Origin: the human T2T-CHM13v2.0 reference genome, Homo sapiens
Assembly: GCF_009914755.1 (NCBI RefSeq)
Contig: NC_060928.1
Direction: 5' to 3' (one strand)
Length of the DNA stretch: 64,000 nucleotides
The first letter of the stretch is position 1. The number at the start of each line of letters is the position of its first letter. Below the pieces are notes generated by a model. That model was not told the DNA's origin. It saw only the letters and a program-made list of their open reading frames with translations, and did no database searches. Below, piece after piece: positions 58,910-64,000 of the stretch. Position numbers and translations under genes: made by a program.

Positions 58910-60183
58910 GTTTTTTAATTTTGAATTTTTGTGGGTACAAAGTAGGTATACATATTCATGGGGTACATGAGACATTTTGATACAGGTAGACAATGCACAC
59001 TAATAACATTAGGGTAAATGGAGTATCCATCACCTCAAGCATTTATCCTTTCTTTCTCTTACAAGCAATTCAATTATACTATTTTAGTTATTTTTAAATG
59101 TATAATAAATTATTATTGACTGCAGTCACCCTGTTGTGCTATCAAATACTAGATCTTATTCATTCTATTTAACTATATTTTTGTTCTAATTTACCATCCC
59201 CACTCATCCCCCCTGTCCCCACTACCCTTCTCAGCCTCTGGTAATCATCATTCTACTCTCTTATCTCCATGAGTTCAATTGTTTTAAATTTTAGCTTCCA
59301 CAAATAAATAAGAACATGTGAAATTTGTCTTTCTGCGTCTGGCTTATTTCACTTAACATAGTGACCTCCAGTTCCATCATGTTGTTGCAAATGACAGGAT
59401 CTCATTCTTTTTATGGCTGAATATTACTCCATTGTGTATATGTACCACATTTTCTTTCTCCATTCTTCTATTGATGGACACTTAGGTTGCTTCCCAATCT
59501 TGGCTATTGTGAATAGTGCTGCAATAAACATGGGAGTGCAGATATCTCTTTGATATACTGATTTCCTTTCTTTTGGATACATATCTAGCAGTGGAACTGT
59601 TGGAATCATATGGTAGTTTTAGCTTTTTGAGGAACCTCCAAACTATTCTCCATTATGGTTGTACTAATTTACATTCCCACCAAAAAGATGCAAGGATTCC
59701 CTTTTCTCTCCATATCCTTTCCAGCATTTGTTATTGCCTGTCTCTTGGATAAAAGTCATTTTAACTGGGGTAAGATGATATCTCTTTGTAGTTTTGATTT
59801 GCATTTCTCTGGTGATCAGTGATGTTGAGCACCTTTTCATATACTGGTTTGCCATTTGTATGTGTTCTTTTGAGACATGTCTATGCAGATCTTTTGCCCA
59901 TTTTAAAATCAGGTTATTAGATTTTTTTCTATGAGTTGCTTGAGCTCCTTATATATTCTGGTTATTAATTTCTTATCAGGGATTTTTGTATGTTGATTTT
60001 GTATTCTGCAACTTTACTAAATTTGTTTATCAGTTCTAATAGTTTTTCGGTGGAGTCTTTAGGTTTTTCCAAATGTAAGACCATTTCATCTGCAAACAAG
60101 GATAATTTGGCTTCTTCCTTTCCAATTTGGATGTGGTTTACTTCTTTCTCTTGTCTTATTGCTCTAGCTAGGACTTCCAGCAC
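58910..60183 (-). mobile_element. L1MA (MA2-like), 5'-truncated with an internal deletion near 59978, inserted in a MIR
   Basis: ORF2 remnants [13 protein letters not shown]...[19 protein letters not shown] and [18 protein letters not shown]; TSD-like cacagtag on both sides. Confidence 0.9.
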
Positions 60184-61748
60184 AGTAGTTTTAAGAATCT
60201 AATTAAGTTACTTATGTAAAGGGCTTAACCAATAATAAGCAAGTATTATATGACATCTATAATCGTATTTGCTACTACTAATTACTATTTTTATAGTCCA
60301 AGAAGCTTTCCAATAAATGTGCAATTGAAAAATTACAGGAAAATCCCAAACTCATTCATAATAACCTGGAAGGTAGGCTAAGGGAAGCATGGTGGTTATG
60401 AGATCATAATAAGGAAAGCTTTAATCTAATCAATTGCACTGTGCTCTGTCCGATGATGTGTGAACAGAAGTGTGGATATGATCTGTGTGAAATCTAGAAC
60501 ATAGACTATTAGAGGAAAGTGAGGGATGGTTTCATCTGTTAGGAGATGGATGTTGATAAAAATAACTCTGTGATTAAATTTTAACTCTTTGGATAGATTC
60601 TGCTATAGAGCAAGAATACCATGACCAATTAACATTTTGGCTTTTATAAGTACAATTTTGGGGTAGACATCAGCCTGTATAGAGTTTGGTTAGAGTGAGA
60701 CTATCCTGGACTGTCTGATATTTTGTTAGGACACAGAAAACATTGCATTTCTGAACCTGAAAAGCTGAGGTCTAGACCCTAGAATTTTATAATCCCCATA
60801 AACAAGCTTTTGCTCTGTGGGCCTGACATGAATATGCAGAGAATAGTTTTCTGTTTCGTAGAAACTTCAACATGAATGACATAGCAGATGAATGAATAAA
60901 TTAGTACTGGAAGACATTGCCACACAAAATTGTAAATTCTATATTATGGTGTTATTTGCACATATAGTATTGCTTTCCCCTTGTTTACAGTAACTCTATC
61001 TCATCTTATCCAGATGATCAACAAAACCCTACTGGGTTTGTCTTTGCAGAACTCTCCATATTATTCTTGCCATTTTCCCTTGCCACTAGACTCCAACCTT
61101 CCTGGTCTCCCCCATGTCAGAATACAATGCTTTTGCTGTCTGCATAGCTCTTGCTTCCCCTTATTTAACATCCCAACTCAAAAGTTACCTCCTTAGAGTC
61201 TGGGATCAAATCTCACCAATGCTTCCTCCAATTAGCCTATGTAAAGTAGTCCCCCCTCCTTGTATCACCACATTCTTCTTCACAGCATCCAACTTCTTAC
61301 ATTTTTTATGGAATACCTAGTCTTGTCTGATAAGAAGCAGATGGTTAGGTGGGATTAGACATGCAAGAGATTTATTGGGGGAATTGCATGTGAAGGATAA
61401 AGGGAGAGGGAGCAAGAGGAGGTGAGGAGTGCCATCAGACTGCAGTGCAGGTCTGATACCTGTGAGGAGAGAGCAAAGGAAGGAAGAAGAGTAGAGTTGA
61501 AGAGCTTCAAACTTTGGCACATGTCAGAGAAAGTTTCAACCAGGCCTACAGGGAATCATTGAGCCAAAGGCACCCACTGGAGAAGGAGCCCCTCATCTTG
61601 TAGGAGTGGGTCTTCATTAGTACCGGTGCCATGCTCAGTCATTGGTTGGGAGCCCACAGGTTTGGCCTTGTTGCAAACACAATGATGGGTACAGAAGGGC
61701 AGTATCTGGGACCTTTAGTCATTTACAACCCTGCAGTTAGTTATCTGA

Positions 61749-62368
<620 letters not shown>

Positions 62369-62396
62369 TGACAGGTGCATTTTCATGGCTGCCAAG

Positions 62397-62782
62397 TGCT
62401 ATGAACTGACTGTGTGCTCCCTGCCCCCCCATTAATATGTTAATACCCTAATTTTCAATGTAATGGCATTTAGAGGTAAGGCTGTGTGGAGGTAATTAGG
62501 TTTAGATGAAATCACGTGGCTGGTGCTCTTATGATGGAATTAGTGCCCATCTAAGAAGAAGAGACCAGAACTTGCTTTCCCTACATCATGTAAGGGTACA
62601 GCAAGATGAGGACCCTCTGCAAACCAGGAAGAGAGCCCTCACTAGACACGCTGGCACCTTGATCTTGGACTTCCCAGTCTATAGAATTGTGAGACTTCCC
62701 AGCCTCCAGAACTGTAAGTGGCTGGTGGTTAAGCCACCCAAGTTAAGGTGTTTTATTACAGCAGCCCAAGCTGACAAAGGTA
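62397..62782 (+). mobile_element. MLT1A-like MaLR LTR
   Basis: tgctatgaactga...gctggcaccttgatcttggacttcccag...; 5-bp TSD ccaag/ccagg; internal 25-bp tandem duplication at ~62668-62717. Confidence 0.88.
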
Positions 62783-62787
62783 CCAGG

Positions 62788-64000
62788 GTCTACTCCTTGT
62801 CCCAGATGAATTTCCTTTTCATGCAGGGTTAGATAGCAGCTCCTTGATGTGTCCTATGGTCCTCCCCTTCTGAGGGAAAACTTAGAAAAGGGAAGCTAGT
62901 GGTACAAAATATAGTCCCAATCTGTGCAATTGGTCTCAGGGCTGCAACTCACACTCATCCTCTCACTTTCCACCATCTATTCTACCTTTCCCTTATGCTC
63001 AGCTATCCTCTCAGAAGGTCTTGGTGACTTACCTGTTCATGTGACAAAACCTTCATTCCTAAGGAGTCTAAGCTCTTGGTTACCACACTCTTCTCAGTTT
63101 CCAAGGGAAAAAAGGGTACTGGAAAGCATCCAAGGAGATCACTGTGGTTCCACACATACTCTTTCCTGCCCTGTTTATATATAAACCATTCTACCTCCTC
63201 CTGCTGATCAAGTCAATTACCCTGCCACTAGGGTGATTCCTTCTTTTGCCTGCTGGTCCCTGGACACTAAGGGTCTAAATTGCCCTGTCATATCTTACAG
63301 TTCAATGGACTCTTGATATGTCCCTGGCAAGATTAGAGGATTAGGACCCTCCAACCTTGAAGATCACAGAGCTAGAACTCATTCCTTGGTTGGTCACTGG
63401 GAGTGGTGGTAAATGGTATCACCTATTTCTAGCCCTTCATTCTGGACTCATAGGTTCCTCTTATTAGAGACATATCACCAGAGACAGTTCTCTCTGATTT
63501 AATGCATATAGCACTCTATGTTTGCAAAGTATTACATCTGAGCTAACACTTCAGCTGTGACATTAGAAGGTTGTTCTTCTGTTCTTTGAGACTGGAGGAT
63601 ACAATATGTGATATGACTAGTGGATCTCATCGTCATAGGCCCACTCCCACACATCTTTTGCTTTGACATCAGTTCCCTGGTCAGACGTTATGATGTATGG
63701 GACATAATGTTTGTATAAGCTCCTGGTTGGTACTGGCTGGGGCTCTATGTGCAGGAAAGACAAAGTCATACCAGAAAAGGAATCTATCCTGGGGAGCACA
63801 GACAGCTGGCCCTTCTAGCATACCAGGAGCCTAATGTAATTGACATGTCACCAAGTGGCCAGATGTTCTCCTTGAGGAATAGTGCCACATTGGAGTGCAG
63901 CATTGGCCTCTGTTGCTGACAAATTGGGCAACCACAGGCAACAGTAGCTGAATTGGCTTGATAAACAGTGTGGTGTCCTCTGGGCCCTCCTACCTGACAT
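62788..64000 (-). mobile_element. ERVL internal sequence (ERV3-16A3-like): decayed integrase and downstream dUTPase-like region
   Basis: Minus-strand remnants CPICQQQRP (zinc finger) and IDSFSG...IITSDQGTDVKAKDVWEWAYDDEIH (integrase core); PPT-like aggagtagac next to the LTR. Confidence 0.85.

Overview
Primate (almost certainly human) genomic DNA covering the 5' end of MAML3 (mastermind-like 3, a Notch co-activator) on the minus strand. It contains the start of intron 1 (1-4619), coding exon 1 (4620-5087, 156 codons), a long uORF-rich 5' UTR with a GGA/GGC repeat, and a ~4 kb CpG island. About 58 kb of upstream intergenic DNA follows, made mostly of nested Alu, L1, L2, L3, MIR, MaLR/ERVL LTR and Tigger/hAT fossils. 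I found no other protein-coding gene, RNA gene or CRISPR array, and no new multi-gene system. The most unusual signal is a cluster of recent (~97% identical) locally templated insertions inside an ancient near-full-length L1 (51231-51560, 53819-53934, possibly 54950-55037). These look like template-switching repair scars and create nested long inverted repeats. Also notable: a strong-Kozak uORF reading through the GGC repeat, a candidate CTCF site at ~47.78 kb and an L1-derived 48-bp minisatellite. Repeat subfamily names come from remembered consensus sequences and boundaries are approximate unless TSDs or TIRs are quoted.
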